From Eledone cirrhosa (taxonomy: Eukaryota), in assembly GCA_964016885.1 (NCBI GenBank), contig OZ024744.1, positions 17,918,001 through 17,982,000 on the forward strand: a stretch of 64,000 bases of DNA, read 5' to 3'. Each line of letters opens with the position of its first letter. Position 1 is the stretch's first letter. Under the pieces are notes generated by a model. The model was given only the letters and a program-made list of their open reading frames with translations, had not been told where the DNA came from and made no database searches. This document shows, one piece after another, positions 1-14,100 of the stretch. The position numbers and the translations under genes were made by a program.

Positions 1-239
1 CTGTGTATGTCACTGTATCTTTGTGTATGTCTCTGTCGCTGTGTACTTCACTGTGTGTTTCTGTATGTATGTGTCACTGTCTATGTCACTGTATGTTTCT
101 GAATGTCTGTGTCACTGTGTATGTCAGTGTGTTTCTGTATGTATGTGTCACGGTGTATGTCACTGTATGTTTGTGTGTGTCTGTGTCACTGTGTATGTCA
201 CTGTGTGTTTGTGTATGTCTGTGTCACTGTATGTTTCTG

Positions 240-2415
240 TATGCTTGTGTCACTGTCTATGTCACTGTGTGTTTGCGTGTGTCTGTGTCACTGTGTATGT
301 CACTGTGTGTTTCTGTATGTCTGTGTGACTGTGTATGTCACTGTTTGTTTCTGTATGTCTGTGTCACTGTGTATGTCACTGTATGTTTCTGTATGTCTGT
401 TTCACTGTGTATGTCACTGTGTGTTTCTGTATGTCTCTGTCACTCTGTATGTCACTGTATATTTCTGTATGTCTGTGTCACTGTGTATGTCACTGTATCT
501 TTGTGTATGTATGTGTCCCTGTGTATGTCACTGTATGTTTCTGTATGTCTGTGTCACTGTGTGTTTCTGAATGTCTGTGTCACTGTGTATGTCACTGTGC
601 GTTTCTGTATGTCTGTCTCACAGTGTATGTCACTGTATGTTTGTGTGTGTCTGTGTCACTGTGTATGTCACTGTGTGTTTGTGTATGTCTGTGTCACTGT
701 ATGTTTCTGTATGTCTGTGTCACTGTGTATGTCACTGTGTGTTTCTGTATGTCTGTGTCACTGTGTATGTCAATGTCTCTGTGTGTTTCTGTATGTCTGT
801 GTCTCTGTGTATGTCACTGTATCTTTGTGTATGTATGTGTCACTGTGTATGTCACTGTGTGTTTCTGTATGTTTGTGTCACTGTGTGTGTCACTGTGTGT
901 TTCTGCATGTCAGTGTCACTGTGTATGTCACTGTGTGTTTCTGTATGTCTGTGTCACTGTATATGTCACTGTATGTTTTTGTATGTCTGTGTCACTGTGT
1001 ATGTCACTGTGTGTTTCTGTATGTCTGTGTCACTGTGTATGTCACTGTGTGTTTCTATATGTCTGTGTCTCTGTGTATGTCACTGAGTGTTTCTGTATGT
1101 CTGTGTCACTATGTATGTCGCTGTATGTTTGTGTTGTCTGTGTCACTGTGTATGTCACTGGGTGTTTCTGTATGTCTGTGTCACTGTGTATGTCACTGTG
1201 CGTTTCTGTATGTATGTATCACTGTGTATGTCACTGTGTGTTTCTGTATTCTGTGTCACTGTATGTTTCTGTATGCCTGTGTCACTGTCTATGTCACTGT
1301 GTGTTTGCGTGTGTCTGTGTCACTGTGTATGTCACTGTGTGTTTCTGTATGTCTGTGTGACTGTGTATGTCACTGTTTGTTTCTGTATGTCTGTGTCACT
1401 GTGTATGTCACTGTATGTTTCTGTATGTCTGTTTCAATGTGTATGTCACTGTGTGTTTCTGTATGTCTCTGTCACTCTGTATGTCACTGTATATTTCTGT
1501 AAGTCTGTGTCACTGTGTATGTCACTGTATCTTTGTGTATGTATGTGTCCCTGTGTATGTCACTGTATGTTTCTGTATGTCTGTGTCACTGTCTATCTCA
1601 CTGTGTGTTTCTGAATGTCTGTGTCACTGTGTATGTCACTGTGCGTTTCTGTATGTCTGTCTCACGGTGTATGTCACTGTATGTTTGTGTGTGTCTGTGT
1701 CACTGTGTATGTCACTGTGTGTTTGTGTATGTCTGTGTCACTGTATGTTTCTGTATGTCTGTGTCACTGTGTATGTCACAGTGTGTTTCTTTATGTATGT
1801 GTCACTGTGTATGTCACTGTATGTGTGTGTATGTCTGTGTCACGGTGTATGTCACTGTATCTTTGTGTATGCCTGTGTCACTGTGTATGTCACTGTGTGT
1901 TTCTGTATGTCTGTGTCACTGTGTATGTCAATGTCTCTGTGTGTTTCTGTATGTCTGTGTCTCTGTGTATGTCACTGTATCTTTGTGTATGTATGTGTCA
2001 CTGTGTATGTCACTGTGTGTTTCTGTATGTTTGTGTCACTGTGTGTGTCACTGTGTGTTTCTGCATGTCAGTGTCACTGTGTATGTCACTGTGTGTTTCT
2101 GTATGTCTGTGTCACTGTATATGTCACTGTATGTTTTTGTATGTCTGTGTCACTGTGTATGTCACTGTGTGTTTCTGTATGTCTGTGTCACTGTGTATGT
2201 CACTGTGTGTTTCTATATGTCTGTGTCTCTGTGTATGTCACTGAGTGTTTCTGTATGTCTGTGTCACTATGTATGTCGCTGTATGTTTGTGTTGTCTGTG
2301 TCACTGTGTATGTCACTGGGTGTTTCTGTATGTCTGTGTCACTGTGTATGTCACTGTACGTTTCTGTATGTATGTATCACTGTGTATGTCACTGTGTGTT
2401 TCTGTATTCTGTGTC
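240..2415. repeat. Imperfect tandem duplication of about 1.0-1.16 kb
   Basis: Same ordered rare variants in both copies (tttgcgtg, gtccctg, caatgtctct, gcatgtcagt, tgtttttgt, gtcgctg..gtgttgtc, ctgggtg, ctgtattctg). ORF-start offsets 335/1367 (1032), 571/1615 (1044) and 1087/2245 (1158) show that copy 2 has an extra 12 bp and an extra 114 bp. Confidence 0.85.
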
Positions 2416-3259
2416 ACTGTCTATGTCACTGTATCTTTGTGTATGTCTGTGTCACTGTGTATGTCAATGTGTGTTTCTGTATGTATGTGTCTCTGTGTAT
2501 GTCACTGTATCTTTGTGTATGTATGTGTCACTGTGTATGTCACTGTGTGTTTGTGTATGTCTGTGTCACTGATTATGTTACTGTGAGTTTCTGTATGTCT
2601 CTGTCACTGTGTATGTCACTGTATATTTCTGTATGTCTGTGTCAGTGTGTATGTCACTGGGTGTTTCTGTATGTCTGTGTCACACTGTATATCACTGTAT
2701 CTTTGTGTAGGTCTCTGTCACCGTGTATGTCACTGTGAGTTTCTGTATGTCTGTGTCACTGTGTATGTCACAGTGTGTTTCTGTATGTATGTGTCACTGT
2801 GTATGTCACTGTATGTCTCTGTATGTATGTGTCACTGTCTATGTCACTGTATCTTTGTGTATGTCTACGTCACTGTGTATGTCACTGTGTGTTTCTGTAT
2901 GTCTGTGTCTCTGTGTATGTCACTGTATCTTTGTGTATGTCTGTGTCACTGTGTATGTCACTGTGTGTTTCTGTATATCTGTGTCTCTGTGTATGTCACT
3001 GTATCTTTGTGTATGTCTGTGTCACTGTGTATGTCACTGTATCTTTGTGTATGTCTGTGTCACGGTGTATATCACTGTATGTTTGTGTATGTCTGTGTCA
3101 CTCTATATGTCACTGTACGTTTGTGTATCTCTGTGTGACTGTGTATGTCACTGTGTGTTTCTGTACGTCTGTGTCACTGTGTGTTTCTGTATGTATGTGT
3201 CACTGTCTATGTCACTGTATGTTTCTGAATGTCTGTGTCACTGTGTATGTCACTGTGTG

Positions 3260-5370
3260 TTTCTGTATGTCTGTGTCACGGTGTATGTCACTGTATGTTT
3301 GTGTGTGTCTGTGTCACTGTGTGTTTGTGTATGTCTGTGTCACTGTATGTTTCTGTATGTCTGTGTCACTGTGTATGTCACTGTGTGTTTCTGTATGTCT
3401 GTGTCACCGTGTATGTCACTGTATCTTTGTGTATGCCTGTGTCACTGTGTATGTCACTGTGTGATTCTGTATGTCTGTGTCACTGTGTATGTCACTGTGT
3501 GTTTCTGTATGTTTGTGTCACTGTGTATGTCACTAAATGTTTGTGTGTGTCTGTGTCTCTGTCTATGTCACTGTGTGTTTGCGTGTGTCTGTGTCACTGT
3601 GTATGTCACTGTTTGTTTGTGTATGTCTGTGTCACTGTGTGTGTTTCTGTATGTCTGTGTCACTGTGCATGTCATTGTATCTTCGTGTATGTCTGTGTCA
3701 CTGTGTATGTCACTGTATCTTTGTGTATGTCTGTGTCACTCTGTATGTCACTGTGTGTTTCTGCATGTCTGTGTTACTGTGTATGTCACTGTGTGTTTCT
3801 GTATGACTCTGTCACTCTGTATGTCACTGTATATTTCTGTATGTCTGTGTCACTGTGTATGTCACTGTACGTTTCTGTATGTCTGTGTCACTGTGTATGT
3901 CACTGTATTTTTCTGTATGTCTGTGTCAATGTGTATGTCACTGTATCTTTGTGTATGTATGTGTCCCTGTGTATGTCACTAAATGTTTCTGTATATCTGT
4001 GTCACTGTGTATGTCACTGTGTGTTTCTGTATGTCTGTGTCCCTGTGTATGTCACTTTATCTTTGTGTATGTCTGTGTCACCGTGTATGTCACTGTATGT
4101 TTCTGTATGTCTGTGTCACTGTGTATGTCACTGTATGTTTCTGTATGTGTGTATCACTGTGTATGTCACTGTATGTTTCTGTATGTCTGTGTCACTGTGT
4201 ATATCACTGTATGTTTCTGTATGTCTGTGTCACTGTCTATCCCACTGTATGTTTCTGAATGTCAGTGCCACTGTGTATGTCACTGTGTGTTTCTGTATGT
4301 CTGTGTCACTGTGTAAGTCATTGTATCTTTGTGTATGTCTGTGGCACTCTGTATGTCATTGTGTGTTTCTGTATGTCTGTGTGACTGTCTATGTCACTGT
4401 ATATTTGTGTATGTCTGTGACACTGTGTATGTCAATGTGTGTTTCTGTATGTATGTGTCTCTGTGTATGTCACTGTATCTTTGTGTATGTATGTGTCACT
4501 GTGTATGTCACTGTGTGTTTGTGTATGACTGTGTCACTGTGTATGTTACTGTGAGTTTCTGTATGTCTGTGTCACGCTGTATGTCACTGTATCTTTGTGT
4601 AGGTCTGTGTCAGCGTGTATGTCACTGTATCTTTATGTATGTCTGTGTCACTGTTTATGTCACTGTGAGTTTCTGTATGTATGTGTCACTGTGTATGTCA
4701 CTGTGAGTTTCTGTATGTCTGTGTCACTGTGTATGTCACAGTGTGTTTCTGTATGTATGTGTCACTGTGTATGTCACTGTATGTCTCTGTATGTATGTGT
4801 CACTGTCTATGTCACTGTATCTTTGTGTATGTCTACGTCACTGTGTATGTCACTGTGTGTTTCTGTATGTCTGTGTCTCTGTGTATGTCACTGTATCTTT
4901 GTGTATGTCTGTGTCACTGTGTATGTCACTGTGTGTTTCTGTATGTCTGTGTCACTGTGTATGTCACTGTGTGTTTCTGTATATCTGTGTCTCTGTGTAT
5001 GTCACTGTATCTTTGTGTATGCCTGTGTCACTGTGTATGTCAATGTATCTTTGTGTATGTTTGTGTCACGGTGTATATCACTGTATGTTTGTGTATGTCT
5101 GTGTCACTCTATATGTCACTGTACGTTTGTGTATGTCTGTGTGACTGTGTATGTCACTGTATGTTTCTGTATGTCTGTGTCACGGTGTATGTCACTGTGT
5201 GTTTCTGTATGTCTGTGTCACTGTGTATGTCACTGTATCTTTGTATATGTCTGTGTCACTGTGTACGTCACTGTGTGTTTCTGTATGTATGTGTCACTGT
5301 CTCTGTCACTGTATGTTTCTGAATGTCTGTGTCACTGTGTATGTCACTGTGTGTTTCTGTATGTCTGTGT
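3260..5370. repeat. Block duplicated at about 11130-13240 (offset 7872)
   Basis: Near-identical ORFs at 3537/11409, 3855/11727, 4329/12201, 4681/12553 and 5151/13023, all offset 7872. Confidence 0.9.
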
Positions 5371-8300
5371 CACCGTGTATGTCACTGTATCTTTGTGTAT
5401 GCCTGTGTCACTGTGTATGTCACTGTGTGATTATGTATGTCTGTGTCACTGTGTATGTCACTGTGTGTTTCTGTATGTTTGTGTCACTGTGTATGTCACT
5501 AAATGTTTGTGTGTGTCTGTGTCTCTGTCTATGTCACTGAGTGTTTGCGTGTGTCTGTGTCACTGTGTATGTCACTGTTTGTTTGTGTATGTCTTTGTCA
5601 CTGTGTGTGTTTCTGTATGTCTGTGTCACTGTGCATGTCATTGTATCTTCGTGTATGTCTGTGTCACTGTGTATGTCACTGTATCTTTGTGTATGTCTGT
5701 GTCACTCTGTATGTCACTGTGTGTTTCTGCATGTCTGTGTTACTGTGTATGTCATTGTGTGTTTCTGTATGTCTGTGTCACTGTGTATGTCACTGTATGT
5801 TTCACAAGTGTATGTCACTGTGTGTTTCTGTATGTCTCTGTCACTCTGTATGTCACTGTATATTTCTGTATGTCTGTGTCACTGTGTATGTCACTGTATG
5901 TTTCTGTATGTCTGTGTCACTGTGTATGTCACTGTATTTTTATGTATGTCTGTGTCACAGTGTATGTCACTGTATCTTTGTGTATGTATGTGTCCCTGTG
6001 TATGTCACTGTATGTTTCTGTATGTTTGTGTCATTGTGTATGTCACTGTGTGTTTCTGTATATCTGTGTCACTGTGTATGTCAATGTATCTTTGTGTATG
6101 TCTGTGTCACCGTGTATGTCACTGTATGTTTCTGTATGTCTGTGTCACTGTGTATGTCACTGTATGTTTCTGTATGTCTGTGTCACTGTGTATGTCACTG
6201 TATGTTTCTGTATGTCTGTGTCACTGTATATGTCACTGTATCTTCGTGTATGTATGTGTCCCTGTGTATGTCACTGTATGTTTCTGTATGTCTGTGTCAC
6301 TGTGTATATCACTGTATGTTTATGTATGTCTGTGTCACTGTCTATCTCACTGTATGTTTCTGAATGTCTGTGTCACTGTGTATGTCACTGTGCGTTTCTG
6401 TATGTCTGTGTCACGGTGTGTGTCACTGTATGTTTGTGTGTGTATGTGTCACTGTGTATGTCACTGTGTGTTTGTGTATGTCTGTGTCACTGTGTATGTC
6501 AATGTGTGTTTATGTATGTCAGTGTCACTGTGCATGTCACTGTGTGTTTCTGTATGTCTGTGGCACTGTATATGTCACTGTATGTTTGTGTATGTCTGTG
6601 TCACTGTGTATGTCACTGTGTGTTTCTGTATGTCTGGGTTACTGTGTATGTCACTGTGTGTTTCCGTATGTCTGTGTCACTGTGTATGTCACTGAGTCTT
6701 TCTGTATGTCTGTGTCACTGTGTAAGTCACTGTATATTTGTGTATGTCTGTGGCACTCTGTATGACATTGTGTGTTTCTGTATGTGTGTGTCACGGGCTA
6801 TGTCACTGTATCTTTGTGTATGCCTGTGTCACTGTGTATGTCAATGTGTGTTTCTGTATGTATGTGTCTCTGTGTATGTCACTGTATCTTTGTGTATGTA
6901 TGTGTCACTGTGTATGTCACTGTGTGTTTGTGTATGTCTGTGTCACTGCGTATATTACTGTGAGTTTCTGTATGTCTGTGTCAGTGTGTATGTCACTGTA
7001 TATTTCTATATGTCTGTGTCAGTGTGTATGTCACTGGGTGTTTCTGTATGTCTGTGTCAAACTGTATATCACTGTATCTTTGTGTAGGTCTGTGTCACCG
7101 TGTATGTCACTGTATCTTTATGTATGTCTGTGTCACTGTGTATGTCACTGTGTGTTTCTGTATGTCTGTGTCACTGTGTATGTCACTGTGTGTTTCTGTA
7201 TATCTGTGTCTCTGTGTATGTCACTGTATCTTTGTGTATGTCTGTGTCACTGTGTATGTCACTGTATCTTTGTGTATGTCTGTGTCACGGTGTATATCAC
7301 TGTATGTTTGTGAATGTCTGTGTCACTCTATATATCACTGTACGTTTGTGTATGTCTGTGTGACTGTGTATGTCACTGTATGTTTCTGTATGTCTGTGTC
7401 ACTGTGTATGTCACTGTGTATGTCACTGTGTGTTTGTGTATGTCTGTGTCACTGTATGTTTCTGTATGCCTGTGTCACTGTGTATGTCACTGCGTGTTTC
7501 TGTATGTCTGTGTCACCGTGTATGCCACTGCATCTTTGTGTATGCCTGTGTCACTGTATATGTCACTGCGTGATTGTGTATGTCTGTGTCACTGTGTATG
7601 TCACTGTGTGTTTCTGTATGTTTGTGTCACTGTGTGTGTCACTAAATGTTTGTGTGTGTCTGTGTCTCTGTGTATGTCACTGTGTGTTTGCGTGTGTCTG
7701 TGTCACTGTGGATGTCACTGTGTGTTTCTGTATGTCTATGTGACTGTGTATGTCACTGTTTGTTTGTGTATGTCTGTGTCACTGTGTGTGTTTCTGTATG
7801 TCTGTGTCATTGTGTATGTCACTGTATGTTTCTGTATGTATGTGTCACTGTGTATGTCACTGTATTTTTCTGTATGTCTGTGTCACAGTGTATGTCACTG
7901 TATCTTTGTGTATGTATGTGTCCCTGTGTATGTCACTGTATGTTTCTGTATGTCTGTGTCACTGTGTATGTCACTGTGTGTTTCTGTATGTCTGTGTCAC
8001 TGTGTATGTCACTGTATCTTTGTGTATGTCTGTGTCACCGTGTATGTCACTGTATGTTTCTGTATGTCTGTGTCACTGTGTATGTCACTGTATTTTTCTG
8101 TATGTCTGTGTCACCGTGTATGTCACTGTATCTTTGTGTATGTATGTGTCCCTGTGTATGTCACTGTGTGTTTGTGTATGGCTGTGTCACTGTGTATGTT
8201 ACTGTGAGTTTCTGTATGTCTGTGTCACTGTGTATGTCACTGTATATTTCTGTATCTGTATCAGTGTGTATGTCACTGGGTGTTTCTGTATGTCTGTGTC

Positions 8301-11150
8301 ACTCTGTATATCACTGTATCTTTGTGTAGGTCTGTGTCACCGTGTATGTCACTGTGAGTTTCTGTATGTCTGTGTCACTGTGTATGTCACAGTGTGTTTC
8401 TGTATGTATGTGTCACTGTGTATGTCACTGTATGTCTCTGTATGTATGTGTCACTGTCTATGTCACTGTATCTTTGTGTATGTATACGTCACTGTGTATG
8501 TCAGTGTGTGTTTCTGTATGTCTGTGTCTCTGTGTATGTCACTGTATCTTTGTGTATGTCTGTGTCACTGTGTATGTCACTGTGTGTTTGTGTATGCCTG
8601 TGTCACTGTGTATGTTACTGTGAGTTTCTGTATGTCTGTGTCACTGTGTATGTCACTGTATCTTTGTGTATGTCTGTGTCACTGTGTATGTTACTGTGAG
8701 TTTCTGTATGTCTGTGTCACGCTGTATGTCACTGTATCTTTGTGTAGGTCTGTGTCAGCGTGTATGTCACTGTATCTTTATGTATGTCTGTGTCACTGTT
8801 TATGTCACTGTGAGTTTCTGTATGCATGTGTCACTGTGTATGTCACTGTGAGTTTCTGTATGTCTGTGTCACTGTGTATGTCACAGTGTGTTTCTGTATG
8901 TATGTGTCACTGTGTATGTCACTGTATGTCTCTGTATGTATGTGTCACTGTCTATGTCACTGTATCTTTGTGTATGTCTACGTCACTGTGTATGTCACTG
9001 TGTGTTTCTGTATGTCTGTGTCTCTGTGTATGTCACTGTATCTTTGTGTATGTCTGTGTCACTGTGTATGTCACTGTGTGCTTCTGTATGTCTGTGTCAC
9101 TGTGTATGTCACTGTGTGTTTCTGTATATCTGTGTCTCTGTGTATGTCACTGTATATTTGTGTATGTCTGTGTCACTGTGTATGTCACTGTATCTTTGTG
9201 TATGTTTGTGTCACGGTGTATATCACTGTATGTTTGTGTATGTCTGTGTCACTCTATATGTCACTGTACGTTTGTGTATGTCTGTGTGACTGTGTATGTC
9301 ACTGTATGTTTCTGTATGTCTGTGTCACGGTGTATGTCACTGTGTGTTTCTGTATGTCTGTGTCACTGTGTATGTCACTGTATCTTTGTGTATGTCTGTG
9401 TCACTGTGTACGTCACTGTGTGTTTCTGTATGTATGTTTCACTGTCTCTGTCACTGTATGTTTCTGAATGTCTGTGTCACTGTGTATGTCACTGTGTGTT
9501 TCTGTATGTCTGTGTCACGGTGTATGTCACTGTATGTTTGTGTGTGTCTCTGTCACTGTGTATGTCACTGTGTGTTTCTGTATGTCTGTGTCACCGTGTA
9601 TGTCACTGTATCTTTGTGTATGCCTGTGTCACTGTGTATGTCACTGTGTGATTATGTATGTCTGTGTCACTGTGTATGTCACTGTGTGTTTCTGTATGTT
9701 TGTGTCACTGTGTATGTCACTAAATGTTTGTGTGTGTCTGTGTCTCTGTCTATGTCACTGTATGTTTGTGTGTGTCTCTGTCACTGTGTATGTCACTGTG
9801 TGTTTCTGTATGTCTGTGTCACTGTGCATGTCATTGTATCTTCGTGTATGTCTGTGTCACTGTGTATGTCACTGTATCTTTGTGTATGTCTGTGTCACTC
9901 TGTATGTCACTGTGTGTTTCTGCATGTCTGTGTTACTGTGTATGTCATTGTGTGTTTCTGTATGTCTGTGTCACTGTGTATGTCACTGTATGTTTCTGTA
10001 TGTCTGTTTCACTGTGTATGTCACTGTGTGTTTCTGTATGTCTCTGTCACTCTGTATGTCACTGTATATTTCTGTATGTCTGTGTCACCGTGTATGTCAC
10101 TGTATGTTTCTGTATGTCTGTGTCACTGTGTATGTCACTGTATTTTTATGTATGTCTGTGTCACTGTGTATGTCACTGTATCTTTGTGTATGTATGTGTC
10201 CCTGTGTATGTCACTGTATGTTTCTGTATGTCTGTGTCATTGTGTATGTCACTGTGTGTTTCTGTATATCTGTTTCACTGTGTATGTCAATGTATCTTTG
10301 TGTATGTCTGTGTCACCGTGTATGTCACTGTATGTTTCTGTATGTCTGTGTCACTGTGTATGTCACTGTATGTTTCTGTATGTCTGTGTCACTGTGTATG
10401 TCACTGTATGTTTCTGTATGTCTGTGTCACTGTGTATGTCACTGTATCTTCGTGTATGTATGTGTCCCTGTGTATGTCACTGTATGTTTATGTATGTCTG
10501 TGTCACTGTGTATATCACTGTATGTTTCTGTATGTCTGTGTCACTGTCTATCTCACTGTATGTTTCTGAATGTCTGTGTCACTGTGTATGTCACTGTGCG
10601 TTTCTGTATGTCTGTGTCACGGTGTATGTCACTGTATGTTTGTGTGTGTATGTGTCACTGTGTATGTCACTGTGTGTTTGTGTATGTCTGTGTCACTGTG
10701 TATGTCACTGCCTGTTTCTGTATGTCTGTGTCACTGTGTAAGTCATTGTATCTTTGTGTATGTCTGTGGCACTCTGTATGTCATTGTGTGTTTCTGTATG
10801 TCTGTGTGACTGTCTATGTCACTGTATATTTGTGTATGTCTGTGTCACTGTGTATGTCAATGTGTGTTTATGTATGTCAGTGTCACTGTGTATGTCACTG
10901 TGTGTTTCTGTATGTCTGTGGCACTGTATATGTCACTGTATGTTTGTGTATGTCTGTGTCACTGTGTATGTCACTGTGTGTGTCTGTATGTCTGTGTCAC
11001 TGTGTATGTCACTGTGTGTTTCTGTATGTCTGTGTCACTGTGTATGTCACTGAGAGTTTCTGTATGTCTGTGTCAGTATGTATGTCGCTGTATGTTTGTG
11101 TTGTCTGTGTCACTGTGTATGTCACTGGGTGTTTCTGTATGTCTGTGTCA
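3876..11150. repeat. About 7.3-kb block duplicated at about 15540-22813 (offset 11663/11739)
   Basis: Offsets 4329/15992 = 11663, 5503/17242 and 7750/19489 = 11739, 8666/20329 and 11078/22741 = 11663. The shift is explained by two compensating 76-bp (2-monomer) indels. Confidence 0.9.
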
Positions 11151-14100
11151 CGGTGTATGTCACTGTATGTTTGTGTGTGTCTGTGTCACTGTGTGTTTGT
11201 GTATGTCTGTGTCACTGTATGTTTCTGTATGTCTGTGTCACTGTGTATGTCACTGTGTGTTTCTGTATGTCTGTGTCACCGTGTATGTCACTGTATCTTT
11301 GTGTATGCCTGTGTCACTGTGTATGTCACTGTGTGATTCTGTATGTCTGTGTCACTGTGTATGTCACTGTGTGTTTCTGTATGTTTGTGTCACTGTGTAT
11401 GTCACTAAATGTTTGTGTGTGTCTGTGTCTCTGTCTATGTCACTGTGTGTTTGCGTGTGTCTGTGTCACTGTGTATGTCACTGTTTGTTTGTGTATGTCT
11501 GTGTCACTGTGTGTGTTTCTGTATGTCTGTGTCACTGTGCATGTCATTGTATCTTCGTGTATGTCTGTGTCACTGTGTATGTCACTGTATCTTTGTGTAT
11601 GTCTGTGTCACTCTGTATGTCACTGTGTGTTTCTGCATGTCTGTGTTACTGTGTATGTCACTGTGTGTTTCTGTATGACTCTGTCACTCTGTATGTCACT
11701 GTATATTTCTGTATGTCTGTGTCACTGTGTATGTCACTGTACGTTTCTGTATGTCTGTGTCACTGTGTATGTCACTGTATTTTTCTGTATGTCTGTGTCA
11801 ATGTGTATGTCACTGTATCTTTGTGTATGTATGTGTCCCTGTGTATGTCACTAAATGTTTCTGTATATCTGTGTCACTGTGTATGTCACTGTGTGTTTCT
11901 GTATGTCTGTGTCCCTGTGTATGTCACTGTATCTTTGTGTATGTCTGTGTCACCGTGTATGTCACTGTATGTTTCTGTATGTCTGTGTCACTGTGTATGT
12001 CACTGTATGTTTCTGTATGTATGTATCACTGTGTATGTCACTGTATGTTTCTGTATGTCTGTGTCACTGTGTATATCACTGTATGTTTCTGTATGTCTGT
12101 GTCACTGTCTATCCCACTGTATGTTTCTGAATGTCTGTGTCACTGTGTATGTCACTGTGTGTTTCTGTATGTCTGTGTCACTGTGTAAGTCATTGTATCT
12201 TTGTGTATGTCTGTGGCACTCTGTATGTCATTGTGTGTTTCTGTATGTCTGTGTGACTGTCTATGTCACTGTATATTTGTGTATGTCTGTGACACTGTGT
12301 ATGTCAATGTGTGTTTCTGTATGTATGTGTCTCTGTGTATGTCACTGTATCTTTGTGTATGTATGTGTCACTGTGTATGTCACTGTGTGTTTGTGTATGA
12401 CTGTGTCACTGTGTATGTTACTGTGAGTTTCTGTATGTCTGTGTCACGCTGTATGTCACTGTATCTTTGTGTAGGTCTGTGTCAGCGTGTATGTCACTGT
12501 ATCTTTATGTATGTCTGTGTCACTGTTTATGTCACTGTGAGTTTCTGTATGTATGTGTCACTGTGTATGTCACTGTGAGTTTCTGTATGTCTGTGTCACT
12601 GTGTATGTCACAGTGTGTTTCTGTATGTATGTGTCACTGTGTATGTCACTGTATGTCTCTGTATGTATGTGTCACTGTCTATGTCACTGTATCTTTGTGT
12701 ATGTCTACGTCACTGTGTATGTCACTGTGTGTTTCTGTATGTCTGTGTCTCTGTGTATGTCACTGTATCTTTGTGTATGTCTGTGTCACTGTGTATGTCA
12801 CTGTGTGTTTCTGTATGTCTGTGTCACTGTGTATGTCACTGTGTGTTTCTGTATATCTGTGTCTCTGTGTATGTCACTGTATCTTTGTGTATGCCTGTGT
12901 CACTGTGTATGTCACTGTATCTTTGTGTATGTTTGTGTCACGGTGTATATCACTGTATGTTTGTGTATGTCTGTGTCACTCTATATGTCACTGTACGTTT
13001 GTGTATGTCTGTGTGACTGTGTATGTCACTGTATGTTTCTGTATGTCTGTGTCACGGTGTATGTCACTGTGTGTTTCTGTATGTCTGTGTCACTGTGTAT
13101 GTCACTGTATCTTTGTATATGTCTGTGTCACTGTGTACGTCACTGTGTGTTTCTGTATGTATGTGTCACTGTCTCTGTCACTGTATGTTTCTGAATGTCT
13201 GTGTCACTGTGTATGTCACTGTGTGTTTCTGTATGTCTGTGTCACGGTGTATGTCACTGTATGTTTGTGTGTGTCTGTGTCACTGTGTATGTCACTGTGT
13301 GTTTCTGTATGTCTGTGTCACCGTGTATGTCACTGTATCTTTGTGTATGCCTGTGTCACTGTGTATGTCACTGTGTGATTATGTATGTCTGTGTCACTGT
13401 GTATGTCACTGTGTGTTTCTGTATGTTTGTGTCACTGTGTATGTCACTAAATGTTTGTGTGTGTCTGTGTCACTGTCTATGTCACTGTGTGTTTGCGTGT
13501 GTCTGTGTCACTGTGTATGTCACTGTTTGTTTGTGTATGTCTTTGTCACTGTGTGTGTTTCTGTATGTCTGTGTCACTGTGCATGTCATTGTATCTTCGT
13601 GTATGTCTGTGTCACTGTGTATGTCACTGTATCTTTGTGTATGTCTGTGTCACTCTGTATGTCACTGTGTGTTTCTGCATGTCTGTGTTACTGTGTATGT
13701 CATTGTGTGTTTCTGTATGTCTGTGTCACTGTGTATGTCACTGTATGTTTCTGTATGTCTGTTTCACAAGTGTATGTCACTGTGTGTTTCTGTATGTCTC
13801 TGTCACTCTGTATGTCACTGTATATTTCTGTATGTCTGTGTCACTGTGTATGTCACTGTATGTTTCTGTATGTCTGTGTCACTGTGTATGTCACTGTATT
13901 TTTATGTATGTCTGTGTCACAGTGTATGTCACTGTATCTTTGTGTATGTATGTGTCCCTGTGTATGTCACTGTATGTTTCTGTATGTCTGTGTCATTGTG
14001 TATGTCACTGTGTGTTTCTGTATATCTGTGTCACTGTGTATGTCAATGTATCTTTGTGTATGTCTGTGTCACCGTGTATGTCACTGTATGTTTCTGTATG

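Noticed and set aside
1816-1835. Z-DNA or G-quadruplex forming tracts
   Set aside because: Purine-pyrimidine alternation is broken by CT, TC or TTT within about 10-20 bp, and G-runs are limited to isolated GGG variants.
2769-2775. Functional Ig/TCR gene segments next to the heptamers
   Set aside because: No V, D or J coding sequence flanks any heptamer. Only more satellite is present.
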